Shown in pieces: positions 47,756 through 63,929 of a stretch of DNA of 64,000 nt. The stretch lies in NCBI RefSeq assembly GCF_009914755.1, contig NC_060947.1, one strand, 5' to 3'. This stretch comes from the human T2T-CHM13v2.0 reference genome, Homo sapiens. The position numbers and the translations under genes were made by a program. Below the pieces are notes generated by a model. That model ran no database searches. It was not told where the DNA came from and worked only from the letters and a program-made list of their open reading frames with translations. Every line of letters starts with the position of its first letter. Position 1 is the first letter of the stretch.

Positions 47756-50700
47756 ATAGTTTTAGGTTTTTACATTTAGGTCTGTGGTATTTTATGAGTA
47801 AAATTTTGTATATGGTTTGACTTGGAGTATTTTAAAGCAAATCTCTGATACCATATCTTTTCACTGAAGTCTTCAGTATATGTCTCAAGCACATGAGAAG
47901 CATTTTGAAAACATCATTCTAATACCTTTTTCATAATTATTTACTAGTATTCAGTACCCAACCTGTGTTTGAATTTCCCCAACGGCTCACAAATTATCTT
48001 TTCTTTCTTTGAATTAGGATGCAAACAAAATCACCATATTGCATTCTGTTTATTTGTTTCTTAAATCTCTAATCTATAACAGTGCCCTTCCCCCATATTC
48101 CCATGTCATTTAAAAAAATTAACTAGGTCTTTTGTGCCATGAAATTTCCCACATTCTAGATTTGGCTAATTTTATCTTTGTGGTGTTTTCAACATGTTTC
48201 TCTACTCTGAATTTTCAGTAATGCTTTTTTTTTTTATCTATTGATTTTGGATATTATATATTTACGCTGTGCTGTGAAAGATGAGGATCTGGCTAACAGA
48301 CTACTCTTCCCTCTCAATAATTATCCATCCAATATCTTCAGAAGTTGAATAAAAATAAAAGATTTTTGAAGACTCAATATGTATACAAGTAAGATCTCAC
48401 TTCATGTGGTTGATTGATAGGTTCTTGGAACTTTTGACTCTAAGGGAGATGGCATATAACAAAACCAATTTTGCCATAAGATAACTTACATAAACAAGAG
48501 TTAACTTCCTATGTCATGTTTCTGGTCACAAAAACAGCATCAGGATTGCAAAAAGAGAGGGCAAGATGGCAGAGCAGATGCAGACAAATGGAATAGCTCT
48601 CACAGAGGGACTGAGACAGCTGGCAACAGCTCTTCAGAGAAAAGACACCTAGAGTGGATGGAGGGAAGACACAGAAGCTGGGCTTAAGGAGGAGAAAGCT
48701 GGGAACCCTGCACAGGCTATGGTACACCGGGACTCATTTTTGAACCACAACAGCTCCCGGGAACAGGTGAGTTGAACTGGCAAGGAGCAACCGACTCCTT
48801 CCATGAGCCTCTGGAACCATCACAGGAGGGAACTCCTCCACCACGGCAGACACTTGACGTGGCAGAGAATGCTGCTTAGAGAAGTGGTGGGGCAGCAAGC
48901 CAGCTAATGTGGAGCCCAGAGGATTTGGGGCAGGAGTGTCTACAGTGGAGCACAGCCAAGGACGGCCATCACCCTAGGTTTAATTTGCCCCCATAAGAGA
49001 CTTTAGCTCTAGGGGAATGGCCTGACCTGATCTCTGCAGGGCAGTCTTGCACAGCAGATAGGCCTGGTCTGACTTGAGTACCCTTTGGTCTGCTGGCCTC
49101 TACTGGGGCCCCAACCTGGCACACCTGCTTGCAGGGCAGTCTCGGGTGCCCTGGGGGCTCACAACATAGCTTCTGCGCTGCGGGAGGACGTGTCTGACTG
49201 GTGGAGAGCTCCAGCGAGGTGGCCCCTATAGCCACGCACCAGACCACACACTCTCTCCCCATATTGCAGCTTTCCCCAGGCCCACAGCAACTCCCCACAC
49301 CACTTTGCTGGCTGCACGGTCAGGTTTGGCTTTACTTGCCCCAGAAGCACGCAGGAGTGCATTCCGCCCCCTCACTCCCGCCACTGACTGCCATTGCAGA
49401 CCGACCCTTGACAGGCACCGAGCCAACAAGCCCTGCGCCGGCCAGCGCCTCACCCTTGCACTAACACTGTGCAGAGAACAGTGGATCCTCCCGCACCCTG
49501 AGCGATCACTCCTGCTTGCTGGGCACAGAGAAGGCACCCAGACCTGTGATGGCCAGTACTCTGCCCCCAAGCCAACACCACCTCCAGTGCAACCCCACAT
49601 ACAGTATCCAGAAGGGCCTCACCCCAACCCCTCACCAGCTGTGTTGCCACCGCCACTGTGGTGAATGCCTGCAGGGAGGCAGACACTCCTGTATCCAGCA
49701 GCACTCAGCTGCAGCTGCCGCACCTCGGCCCCACCCAGTGCAGTGGACTCCAAACCTCAAGGAGCCAGAGAACAAAGTCAGAGCCCAGTACAAGTCCTCC
49801 AGAGTTACAGCACATAGTCCGGGAGTTGGGAGCTAAGCATTGGACCCCTAAAATCTCCCAGAAACGAAGTCAGTCTGCTGAATCCACCTTATACCACAAT
49901 CAAACCCACAAGGTCATCACATAGGATAAAAGAAAGAAAAAAAACCCATTCAAAGGTCAGCAAGCTCAAAGATTGAAAGTAGATAAGCCCACAAAGATGA
50001 GAAAGAATCAGCGCAAGAACACTGAAAACTCAGAAAGCCAGAGTACCTTCTTTCCTCCAAAAGACTGCATCTCCTCTACAGCAAGGGTTCGGAACTGGGC
50101 TGAGACAGCTGAAATGACAGAAATAGAATTCAGAATATGGATATGAAATGATCATTGAGCTACAGGAGTGCATTGAAACCCAATGCAAGGAAGCTAAGAA
50201 TCATGATAAAACAATGCAGGAGCTGACAGACAAAATAGCCAGTATAGAAAAAAAAAAACAAAAACAAACCTGACCTGATAGATCTGAAAAGCATAGTACA
50301 AGAATTTCATAATGCAATCACGAGTATTAATAGAAGAATAGACCAAGCAGAGGAAAGAATCTCAGAGCTTGAAGACTGACTTTCTGAAATAAGATAGGCA
50401 GAAAAGAATAGAGAAAAAAGAAATGAAAAGGAATGAACAAAACCTCCAAGAAATATGGGATTATGTAAAGAGACTGAATCTATGACTGATGGTGTTCCTG
50501 AAAGAGATGGGGAGAATGGAATCAATTTGGAAAACATATTTCAGGATATTATCCATGAGAACTTCCCCAACCTGACTAGAGAGGCCAACATTAAAATTCT
50601 GAAAATGCAGAGAACCCTAGTAAGATACTTCACAAGAAGATCATCCCTAAGACACATAATCATCAGATTCTCCAAGGTTAAAATGAAAAAACAAAATGTT

Positions 50701-53630
50701 AAAGGCAGCTAGAGAGAAAGGTCAGGTCACTTACAAAGGGAAGCCCAACAGACTAACAGCGGACATCTCAGCTGAAACCCTACAATACAGAAGAGATTGG
50801 GGGCCAATATTTAACATTCTTAAAAAAAAGAAATTCCAACCAAGAATTTCATGTGCAGCCAAAGTAAGCTTCATAAGCAAAGGATAAATAAAATCCTTTT
50901 CAGAGAAGCAAATGCTGAGAGAATGTTTCCATCAGACATGTTTTACAAGAGTTTTTGAAGGAAGCACAGAATATGGAAAGGAAAGACCATTACCAGCCAA
51001 TACAAAAACACACTGAAGTACACAGACCAGTGACACTATAAAGCAACCACATAAACAAGTCTGCAAAATAACCAGCTAGCATCATGATGACAGATCAAAT
51101 TCACACATAGCAATACTAACCTTAAATGTAAATGGGCTAAATGCCCCAATTAAAACACACAGAGTGGCAAGGTGGATAAAGAACCAAGACCCATTGGCAT
51201 GCTGTCTTCAAAACACCTATCTCGCATGCAATGACACACATAGGCTCAAAATAAATGGATGAAGAAAAATCGACCAAGCAAATGGAAAAAAGAAAAAAGC
51301 AGGGGTTGCAATCCTAGTTTCTGACAAAACAGACTTTAATCCAAGGAAGATAAAAAAAGACAAAGAAGGGTATTACATAATGGTAAAGGGTTCAATTCCA
51401 CATGAAGATTTAACTATCCTAAATATATATACACCCAACACAGGAGCACCCACATTGATAAAGCAAGTTATGAGAGACCTTCAAAGAGACTTAGATGCCC
51501 ACACAATAATAGTGGGAGATGTTAACATCCCACTGACAATGTTAGACAGATCATCGAGACAGAAAATTAACTAAGATATTCAGGATCTGAAATCAGCACT
51601 AGAGCAAATTGACCTGATAGATATCTACAGAACTCTCCACCCAAAAGCAACAGAATATACATTCTTCTCATTGTCACATGGCACATACAATAAAATTGAT
51701 CACATAATTGGAAGTAAAATACTCCTCAGCAAATGCAAAAGAACTGAAATCACAACAAACAATCTCTTGGACCACAGCACAATTAAATTAGAAATCAAGA
51801 CTAAGAAATTCACTCAAAACCATATAATTACATGGAAATTGAGTAACTTGCTCCTGAATGACTTTTGGGTAAATAATGAAAATAAGGGAGAAATCAAGAA
51901 GTTCTTTGAAACTAATGAGAACAAAGATACAATGTACCAGAATCTGTGGGACACTGCTAAGACAGTGTTAAGAGGGAAATTTATATCATTACAGGCCTAC
52001 ATCTAAAAGTAAGAAAGATCAATTAACAATCTGACATCACAACTAAAAGAACTAGAGAACCAAGAGCAAACAAATCCCAAAGCTAGCAGAAGACAAGAAA
52101 TAACCAAAATCAGAGCTGAACTGAAGGAGACTGAGACAAGAAAAAACATTCAAAAGACCAAAAATTCAGGATCTGGCTTTTTGAAAAATTTAATGAAATA
52201 GATAGACCACTAGCTAGACTAATAAAGAAGAAAGGAAGGAAGATTAAAATAAACACAATCAGAGATGACAAGGGGATATTACCACTGATCCCACAGAAAT
52301 ACAAACAAACATCAGAGAATATTATGAACACCTCTATGCACATAAACTAGAAAATCTAAAAGAAATAGATAAATTCCTGGACGCATACACCATCCTAAGA
52401 CTGAACCAGGAAGAAATTGAATCCCTGAACAGACCTGTACTGAGTTCTGTAATTGAGGCAGTAATAAATAGCCTACCATCCAACCAAAGCCCAGGACCAG
52501 AAGGATTCACAGCTGAAGTCTACCAGATGTACAAAGAATAGCTGGTACCATTCCTACTGAAACTATTCCAAAAATTGAGAAGGAGGGACTTCTCCTTAAC
52601 TCATTCTATGAAGCCAGCATCATCCTGATGCCAAAACCTGGTGAAGATACAAGAAAAAAAAAAAAAAGAAAGAAAGAGAGAGAAAACTTCAGGCCAATAT
52701 CCATGATGAACATCGATGCCAAAAATCCTCAGTAAAATACTGGCAAACCAAATCCCACAGCATATCAAAAAGTTTATCCACCATGATCAGCTGGGCTTTA
52801 TCACTGGGATGGTTGGTTCAACATATGCAAATTAATATATGTGATTCATCACATGAACAGAACTGAAGTAAAAAACCACATGATTATCTCAATAGATGCA
52901 AAAAAGGCTTTCAATAAAATTCAACATCCCTTTATGTTAAAAAGTCTCAATGCACTAGGCACTGAAGGAACATACCTCAAAATAATAAGAGCCATGTATA
53001 ACAAACCCACAACCAGCGTCATACTGAATGGGCAAAAGCTGAAAGCATTTTCTTGACAACTGGCACAACACAAGGATGCCCTCTCTCACTGCTCCTATTC
53101 AACACAGTATGAAAGTCCTGGCCAGGGCAATCAGGCAAGAGAAAGAAATAAAGGGCATCCATATAGGAAGAGAGAAAGTCAAACTATCCCCATTTGTAGA
53201 TAACATGATCCTGTATCTAGAAAACCCCATAGTAACAACCCAAATGCTTCTTAAGCTGATGAGCAATTTCAGCAAAATCTCAGGATACAAAAATCAATGT
53301 GCAAAAATCGCTAGCATTCCTGTACATCAACAATAGTCAAGCCGAGAGCCAAATCAAGAATGTAATACCATTCACAATTGCCACAAAAATAAAATATTTA
53401 GGAATACAGCTAACTAGAGAGGTGAAAGATCTCTACAAGGAGAACTACAAACCCTAGAAACCACTGCTCAAAGAAACCAGAGAGGACACAAGCAAATGGA
53501 AAATCATTCCATGCTCGTGGATAGGAAGAATCAATATTGTTAAAATGGCCCTACTGCCCAAAGCAATTTATAGATTCAGTGCTATTCCTATTAAACTACC
53601 ATCGAAATTATTCGTAGAACTCAAAAATTA

Positions 53631-53923
<293 letters not shown>

Positions 53924-54563
53924 TAAAATTCATAAGGAACCCAAAAAGAGCCCAAATAGCCAAGGCAATCCTAAACAAATAGAGCAAAGCTGGAAGCATC
54001 ATGCTACCTGACTTCAAACTATACAACAGGGCTACAGTAACCAAAACAGCATGGTACTGGTACAAAAACAGACACATAAACCAATGGAACAGAATAGAGA
54101 ACACAGAAATAAGGCCACACAACTACAGCTATCTGATCTTTGACAAACTTGACGAAAACAAGCAATGGGGAAAGAATTCCTTATTTAATAAATGGTGCTG
54201 AGAGAACTGGCTAGCCATATGCAAAAGATTGAAACTGGATCCCTTCCTTAAACCATACACAAAAGTTAACTCAAGATGGATTAAAGACTTAAACGTAAAA
54301 CCCAAAACTATAAAAGCCCTGGAAAACAACCTAGGCAATACCATTCAGGACATGGGCACGGGCAAAGATTTCACGACAAAGACACCAAAAGCAATTGCAA
54401 CAAAAGCAAAAATCGACAAATGGAATCTAATTAAATTAAAGAGCTTCTGCATAGCAAAAGAAACTATCAACAGAGTAAAGAGACAAACTACAGAATGGGA
54501 GAAAATTTTTGCAAACTATGCAACTGACAAAGGTTTAATATCCAGCACCCATAAGGAACTTAA

Positions 54564-54917
<354 letters not shown>

Positions 54918-55883
54918 TGAATAGACACTTTTCAAAAGAAGACATACATGCAGCCAACAATCATATGAAAAATGCTCAATATAACTGATCTTTAGAGAAA
55001 TGCAAATCAAAACCACAATGTGATACCATGTCACACCAGCCAGAATGACTATTATTAAAAAGTAAAAAAAAAAAAAAAAGATGCTGGACAAAAACAGAAT
55101 GTTTATACACTGTTGGCAGGAGTGTAAATTAATTCAACCATTGTGGAAGACAGTGTGGCGAAGGACCTAAGGACAGAAATACCACCTGACCCAGCAATCC
55201 CGTTACTGGGTATATATCCGAAGGAATATAAAGCATTCTATTAAAAAACACATGCACATGTATTTTCATTGCAGCACTATTCAAAATAGCAAGATATGGA
55301 ATCAACCCAAATGCTCATCAATGATAGACTGGATAAAGAAAATGTGGTACATATATGCCGTGTAATACTATGCAGCCATAAAAAAGAATGAGACCATGTC
55401 CTTTGCAGGAACATGAATGGAGCTGGAGGACATTATCCTTAGCAAACTAACACAAGAACAGAAAACCAAATACCACATGTTCTCATTTATAAGCGGGAGC
55501 TAAATGATGAGAGCTTATGGACACATAGAAGGGAACAAAACACACTGGAGTCTATCAAAGGGTAGGTGGTGAAAGGAGGGAGAGGAGCAGGAAAAATAAC
55601 TAATGGGTACTAGGCTTAGTATCTGGGTGATGAAATAATCTGTACAACAAACCCCGTGGCACAAGTTTACCTATGTAACAAACCTGCACATGTACCCCTG
55701 AACTTAAAATAGAAGTTAAAAAAATTACCAAATTTCTAAATAAAGACCCAAAATACTTCTTATAGTAAACATTGAAATAAATGTGAGCTACATACACATT
55801 TGAAAAAGAATAATGAGAACAAGATAATTACTCAGTTTTTGTTGAATCAGTGAGTGACAATGGTTGTAGTAGTGGGTTAATCA

Positions 55884-56058
<175 letters not shown>

Positions 56059-56557
56059 GCAAAAATTGTCAGAAGCACCTGCTACTACCACACAGTTCAA
56101 AACAAAGAATAACAAATACAGTAGGCTCACTGAACACTTTCATAGTGCGTCATTTATTGTTGTGTATTTGTATGATTGTATTGTATAACTTACACATTTT
56201 TATTTTACAATCATTTGTATTCATTAATTCATTTTGCAACCCGCCTATTTCAGTTCAATGTTTCTGGTGGCCAGAGCTTCTCCCAGCAGCTCAGGGTGCA
56301 AAGTGGGAAGTGGACCCAGATAGGTCACCATCCCATCGCAGGGCACACTCACACACACTTCTCCACTCACACACACTGGTACAATTGAGACACACCAGTT
56401 AATCTAACATGCATATCTTTGCGATGTATCAGGAAACCAGAATACCCAGAGAAAGCCCACACAGACATGGGGAGAACATGCAAAGCCCACACAGACAGTG
56501 GCCCCAGCAAGGAAGCAATTTTTTTTTCTTATCAATGTTATAACAAGTCAACATTGA

Positions 56558-56917
<360 letters not shown>

Positions 56918-56959
56918 TTAGTCTTGGCTGTACCATAAACTACCATATACAATAAACTA

Positions 56960-57460
56960 CCTTTTATCGAAGGCAATAGCAGGGAGAGTGTAGAGAGTAG
57001 AGATTTTAGAAATATCTCAGAAGAATAACTGACAGCATTAAATAAATGAAGGAAGAGAGGACTGTAGAATGACTGCTTTGTTTCTGGCTTCAACAACAGT
57101 ACCTAGTAGTACCATTTACCTAGATAGAGAATAGAAGAGGAGCAGATTTGGGGTAAGGGTTGGGAGCACAGGAAGTAAATAAGTTCAGTTTTGGACATTG
57201 ACACATGGAATACCTATAAACAATCAAGTGGAAATGTCCAGTAGACCACTGGAAGTATGAATCTGGAGTTCAGGAACAATATGTGCTCTAGAGGTATAGA
57301 TCTGATAATCATCACTTGTATGTGTTTTAGTTGAAGTCACGGGCATGGATGATATTGCACAGGGAATATGGAAAGAATGAAGAAAGAGGAAGACAACAAA
57401 ACCTTGAGGAAGACTATGATTTAAGGAGACAGAAGCAAAAAATTAGTATAGTGTATGAGA
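56960..57460 (+). mobile_element. L2 fragment
   Basis: agttcagttttggacattg, atcaagtggaaatgtccagtag and tgaatctggagttcagg motifs. Confidence 0.7.
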
Positions 57461-57556
57461 TGATCTGGGATAAATACATGAATGCAATACCCTAGTAACT
57501 CTAAATGAAATTGATCAATTTGGTGGGGAGAAGTTATCACAAAAAGTTTCACTTTG

Positions 57557-57699
57557 AGCCAGGTGTGGTGGCTTATGCCTATAACCTCAGCAATTTGGGG
57601 AGGCCTAGGCAGGATTGCTTGAGCCCAGGAGTGCAGACCAGCCTGAGCAATGTAACAAGACTCTGTCTCCTAAAAAAAAAAAAAAAAAGTTTTACTTTG

Positions 57700-57736
<37 letters not shown>

Positions 57737-57834
57737 TGTGTGTATAGGACTGCTTGAGTCCAGGAGTGGAGACCAGCCTGGGCAACATAACAAGACTCTG
57801 TCTCTTAAAAAAAAAAAAAAAAGGTTTTACTTTG

Positions 57835-57870
<36 letters not shown>
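57557..57870 (+). repeat. FLAM/Alu monomer whose 3' half, tail and (TG)n are tandemly duplicated (~135 bp)
   Basis: Copies at ~57611-57745 and ~57746-57870 share aggaYtgcttgag...aacaagactctgtctc-polyA-gttttactttg-(TG)n. Confidence 0.88.
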
Positions 57871-58286
<416 letters not shown>

Positions 58287-59639
58287 GGGTATGTATATTT
58301 AAGGATGTATGAGAGTGTGGCCGATGGGATGAGGAGCAGAAAAAAACACAAACTTACCTGTCTCACAAGGAAAACAGAGGAATTCAAATGAGAACTCTCT
58401 CAACCATCCCCCACCCCATAAACTCAAATCCAGAACAGTGTTCCTTCAAGTGTGGTCCACAATTTCCTTCCATGAGAATCACGTAGGGGCTTTACCAAAA
58501 TGAATATCATGTACTAAATGTTGCACAAACTAATTTACAGTGTGACCATGGAATGTGCAGCCAAAGTGGAGCAGAGATAAAAGGCTTTGGAGTTGATGAG
58601 GTCAAAGAATTGTGACCTTCAAGTTGCCAGTTTTAGCAAGAAGGCATAGTGGGAAAACTGGGGGGACAAGGAGGTTTTGCAAGAGGATAATTGACTAAAT
58701 CTTTTTTCCCTTATTAAAAAGGAAAAATGAACCAGATAAGACTAAAAGTGGAGTAGTTTTCTCCTGAGCTGGTCCCAAGTCAACCAGACAGCACAAATAG
58801 TCACCTTGATGAAAAAGAAATAAACGATTTGATTGACTGGATGTGGTCATTAAAAAAACACCAAAAACAACAATGCACCCATGAATTACCCTGATTTTGT
58901 TTTCACTTTTCAGCTGGTTATCTGGCACTTTACACTCAGCCCTTCCTAATCAACTGATGGTACCTGAAGTCACTGAATGCTTATAGTCTTTTATTTGATC
59001 GATAATTAATTGATAAACGTTGTCCATGTTTCCCATAGTTTTTACTCTAAAAGGAGGAAACCTCGAGTCAAGTTACTGTCTACTCTTAAGTCAGAAAACG
59101 TTTCTATGTCCTCATAAAAAAGATAGATGACTATAAGTTTGGAAATACATCATTTGAAGTACATTCCAAACTAGATTTCTCTTGGGAATTAATTCGCCAT
59201 GTCTTTATGGAATCCCAGGCCTGTACTCTCAAACTAAATTTGATAGCTTATGAATATTCTGCTATGGCTAGAAATGTTCTTCTTCTGATAAATCTGCTAA
59301 TATGTTTCATTATTATGTTAAAGGAGCTATTTACATGGCTCTCTAGAGTTGGATATATCTTATTAGGAATAAGCTATTGGACTTCAAAAGATTGTAACAT
59401 ATTATTTTGTTTTCAGAAAAACTGTTAATTTTCCTAGTCATTCCTTGTAACTTTTCCAGAAAAAAAAAAACCATAAAAAACAATTGCCTCCTTTGAAAAG
59501 AATATGATACCAGACCCTTCTTGTGATAAAATTAAGTCAATTCTAATATCAAAATTAAATATGAAGAATAATAAGATTTCTTAAAAGAACTAGCTCTTCT
59601 TTTTGTGTATTAATTAATTCTGTTGATCATTCATAGTTT

Positions 59640-59931
59640 TTTGTTTGTTTGAGACGGAGTCTCTCACTGTCGCCTGGGCTGGAGTGCAGTGGTGCGATCT
59701 CGGCTCACTACAACCTCTGCCTCCTGGATTCACGCCATTCTCCTGCCTCAGCCTCCTGAGTAGCTGGGATTAGAAGCATCCGCCACCACTCCTGGCTAAT
59801 TTTTTGTATTTTTAGTAGAGACAGGGTTTCACTGTGTTGGCCAGGATGGTCTCGAACACCTGACCTCGTGATCCACCCGCCTCGGCCTCCCAAAGTGCTG
59901 GGATTACAGGCATGAGCCACCACACCTGGCC
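59640..59931 (-). mobile_element. AluSc/Y-like
   Basis: TSD atcattcatagttttt. Confidence 0.93.
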
Positions 59932-60063
59932 TTATCATTCATAGTTTTTTAAGATAAGGTTCGTGTCCCACATATTGTGCTAGTAAATTAATAATGCTGA
60001 AGAAGCAAATTATAGTCGCTAGTTAAAGAGAAATTAGAAGATGCTTTAGAAAGTATTAGAGGT

Positions 60064-60354
60064 GACTGGGAGCGATGGCTCACACCTGTAATCCTAGCAC
60101 TTTGGGAGGCTGAGGCGGGCAGATCACAAGGTCAGGAGTTGCAGAACAGCCTGGCCAACATAGTGAAATCCCGTCTCTACTAAAAATACAAAAATTAGCT
60201 GGATGTGGTCGCACATGCCTGTAGTCCCAGCTACTCGGGAGGCTGAGGCAGGAGAATTGCTTGAACCCACGAGGCGGAGGTTGCAGTGAGCCTAGACCAC
60301 ACCATTGCACTCCAGCCTGGCGACAGAGCGAGACTCCATTTCAAAAAAAAAAAA
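60064..60354 (+). mobile_element. AluS
   Basis: TSD-like aaagtattagag on both sides. Confidence 0.92.
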
Positions 60355-60446
60355 AAAGTATTAGAGATATGATGGGGAAATAAACTGTCATTTTTACTGT
60401 GATTCTACTCAGGAGCTGAGAGATTATGATGTTAAAAGGGGTGTGG

Positions 60447-60711
60447 GGGCAGTGTGGTGGCTCATACCTATAATCCTAGCACTTTGGGAGGCTGAGGCAG
60501 GAGGATCACTTGAGCCTAGTCCAGCCCTGGCAACATAGTGAGACTCCCATCTCTATAGAAAATTTTTAAAAATTAGCTGGACGTGGTGGTGTGCACCTAT
60601 AGCCCCAGCTATTCAGGAGGCTGAGGTGGGCTGGATCCTGGAAGATCAAGGCCATAGTGTGCTGTGATGGCACCACTGTACTCCTGTCAGGGAGACAGAG
60701 TGAGACTCTGT
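60447..60711 (+). mobile_element. AluJ, degenerate and lacking a tail
   Basis: Both arms recognisable, with internal deletions. Confidence 0.85.
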
Positions 60712-60923
60712 GAATAAGGAACTGTCAGTATGTGCACAAATTTGTCTTAAGGAAAGACACTAAAGAAAAGAAAGACGCTGGGTCACTATAGTGTTATATT
60801 TTCTGTACAGGGGAAGAGACTCTAATATAGTATACATAAATATTCCCATAGGAGCATGAGAATTTTTTCAATCCTACGCTTACCAAAACAATCTTTTAGT
60901 GATTTTATTAGTTTGCTAGCTAT

Positions 60924-61306
60924 TGTATTAGTTGCTAAGACAGTTATAACAAAGTACCACAGACTGTGTGGCTTAAGCAACATAAATTAATTTTCTCACA
61001 ATTCTGGAGGCTAGAAGTCAGTCTGAAGTCCAGGCATCAGCAGGGTTGGTTTCTTCTGAGGCCTCTCTCATTGGCTTGCAGAGATGGCTGTCTCCTTCCT
61101 GTGTCTTCACTTGGTTTTCCTTTGTGTGTCTGTGTCCTAACTGCCTCTTATAAGAATAACAGTCATATTGGATTAGGGCCCACTCTAATGACCTCATTTT
61201 AACTTAATTACCTCTTTACCTTATCTCCAAATACAGTCATATTCTGAGATATGGGGGTTAGGACTTCAACATATCCATTTTGGGGGGCACAGTTCGGCCC
61301 AAAACA
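60924..61306 (-). mobile_element. MLT1A/B-like MaLR solo LTR
   Basis: tgtattag...acaaagtaccacagactg...ggaggctagaagtc...gggggcacagttcggcccaaaaca. Confidence 0.85.
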
Positions 61307-61380
61307 GTGATTATTTCAGGTTTCCAAATATATGAATACAAAGAACGTCTCCCGTAAGTATATATCATCTAGTATATATT

Positions 61381-61743
61381 TGTATTACTCCACTCTCACA
61401 CTGTTATAAAGAACTACCTGAGACTGGCTAATTTATGAAGAAAAGAGGTTTAATTGGCTCACAGTTGTGCAGGCTGTACAGGAAGCATGGCTGGGGAGGC
61501 CTCAGGAAACTTACAATCATGGTGGAAGGGCAAAGGGGAAGCAAGCATGTCTTAACATGGTGGCAGGAGAGAGAGTGCCACACACTTTCAAATGACAAGA
61601 TCTCGTGATAACTCACTCATGAGTACAGCAAGGGGGAAATTCATCCCCATGATCCAATCACCTCTCATCAGGCCCCTCCCCCGACATTGGGAATTATAAT
61701 TCAACATGAGATTTGGGTGGGGATACAGAGCCAAACCATACCA
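61381..61743 (-). mobile_element. MSTA-like MaLR solo LTR
   Basis: aggctgtacaggaagcatggctggggaggcctcagg...gagccaaaccatacca; TSD atatt/acatt. Confidence 0.85.
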
Positions 61744-62115
61744 ACATTTAAAAATCAGTAACTATGAGTTACTTTTCTAAATGTCTTATCTACCTGGAGA
61801 ATCAACATCTACTTGCTTAATATCTACCCTGTTCCAGGTACTGGTTTAGGTGCTCAGGCTGGAAAGACAAAGAAATACATTTCCTGCCCTTGAGAAGTTT
61901 GCACTCTAGAGAAGGAGATATACCATAAACAACAAATACACTAAAATGTGCTAAGTATTATTAAAGAAGAAATGCAATGTTGAAGGAACAAATTCAGCTA
62001 GACCCATGGTGATGCAACCAAGGTAATAAAGGAATATATTAAGCCCCAGAATATTGCTTAATTAACACTACTGCATCAAGTATTGGAGCTTATTATTTTT
62101 AAGACTTAATGTACT

Positions 62116-62394
62116 CATTTGTTTAGTTTTTTGCCTGAAGTCTTAAAACCCAGTTGATGTAGATATCTTTAAAAACATTTTATAAAATGTTGTTTATATT
62201 TGTCAAAAAATTCAGTAGAAATACATGAATTTTGTCATTATAAAATGGTCATGACCATTTGTTTAGTTTTTTGCCTGAAGTCTTAAACCCAGTTGATGTA
62301 GATATCTTTAAAAATTATTTATAAAATGTTGTTTATATTTGTCAAAAAATTCAGTAGAAATATGTGAATTTTGTCATTATAAAATGGTCATGAC
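62116..62394. repeat. 140-bp direct tandem duplication, two copies
   Basis: 62116-62255 and 62256-62394 are near identical (one indel, about five substitutions). Confidence 0.95.
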
Positions 62395-63082
62395 CTTGCA
62401 GACTATGTTATTCAAATTAAAAATCAGTCTTGATAGGATACTATAAACTAAGTAATCATTAACAACAATGCTATATAGAATAACTCAGAAATCTAAGAGC
62501 AGTTCAACTATACAGAATTGTTTGCAAAGTTCTAGAACAATCCCTAATAATACATAAGAACCAGAGTAAAAAAGTGGTGAGATAACCCAATTTATAATGA
62601 AGTACTGTATCACTTAGATAGCAGATATCTATCTTATAAAAGTTATTCTGAAATTATGATACACTTCAAGAAGCATCCAGTCCATTCTAAAATTATTTTT
62701 CATAATACCACCATTTTTCCTGATAACCAAGAATAAAATGATCACCAGTCCCTACATACACCAGTGACTCTTCATTTTAGATCTCTTTTCTTTAGTCTTT
62801 CAAAGATGCTATTAGAAACATAAAGTCAGCAAATATCACCAAGAAAAAGTCAGAGACTCCTCTTTGGAGTTGTGTATTCAAAATGGTCCTCTAATATTTG
62901 TATAACAAATAAACAGAAATATGGCATGACAAATGCTTACAAAATCTATTTCATAAAGAAACCAGCTTTTGCTTCCTATAGATTTCTTCTTTCTCAGCTT
63001 TCATGAAATTAAATACACAACTGTGATTTAGCTTTAAAATTTTTCAAATGAGAAATTTGAACTAAATTATTTTTACGGTCCT

Positions 63083-63404
63083 TGTCAGGAACTTTGAAGG
63101 GTCTGAGATTTTATACTATGTACAAGTTAATAAGTTAGTCAGCCATATAGATGCTGGCAGAATACACAAGACTCTAGGGTCAGAGACAAAGAATAGTTTA
63201 CTAATACGAGCAACGGCAGTAGCCAGAATGTCAGCATTTGTACCAGTTCCCTGAGCTCCTCTTCCCATAGTGTGACGCAAAGAAGGGCAGAAGATACCTG
63301 CATATGTAGTAGGGTACATTATAATAGAGGAATCCTGAATTTATCATTTATAATAGGCAGTAAGCTCTGGAAGGAAACTATCTCTGTTTCTCATGCCTGC
63401 TCAC
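63083..63404 (-). mobile_element. Old ERVL-type solo LTR fragment
   Basis: tgtcaggaactttgaagggtctgagatttt...gatgctggcagaatacacaagactc motif seen in ERVL LTR families; subfamily uncertain. Confidence 0.55.
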
Positions 63405-63409
63405 AATAT

Positions 63410-63730
63410 ATTCTTTAAAAATTGAGATATAATTCACATAACACTTTCCAAGTGTACAATTCAGTAGTTTTGAGTGTATTCACAAAGTTGTGCAACCATC
63501 ACCACTCCTTAATGCTATAATTCCAAGCATTTTCTATTACCTGAGAAAAAAACCTCATACCCATGGTAGTTATTTCCAATTACCCCTTCTCTAACTCCCT
63601 AGGAATCACTAATCTATTTTTGTCTCTGTGGATGTGCCTGTTCTGGACATTTCATGTAAATGAAATCATACAATATGTGGCTTTTTGTGACTGGATTCTT
63701 TTGCTTAGCATAATATTTTCAAGGTTCATC
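63410..63730 (-). mobile_element. L1MB-like 3' end
   Basis: ttgagatataattcacata...gtgcaaccatcaccact...ttctggacatttcatgtaaat. Confidence 0.85.
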
Positions 63731-63929
63731 AGATATTTATTGCCTGGATCCCTCTGTGCCTTGACCCACCTGCCTGACTGGATACTTTGGCACCAGCTAC
63801 AGCCTACACAACAGCAGAGCCTGCTAAGCCTTTCTAAGTGAATGACCACCTTCTTGCTCTTCCACCACCACCTCAAGCCAAACTATATAGATGAGTTGGT
63901 TCCCAGGTCCTTATTTATTTATTTAATTT

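Noticed and set aside
48969-49924. Cluster of GC-rich ORFs resembling a CpG-island gene start
   Set aside because: It is the L1 5'UTR; the ORFs reflect GC content.
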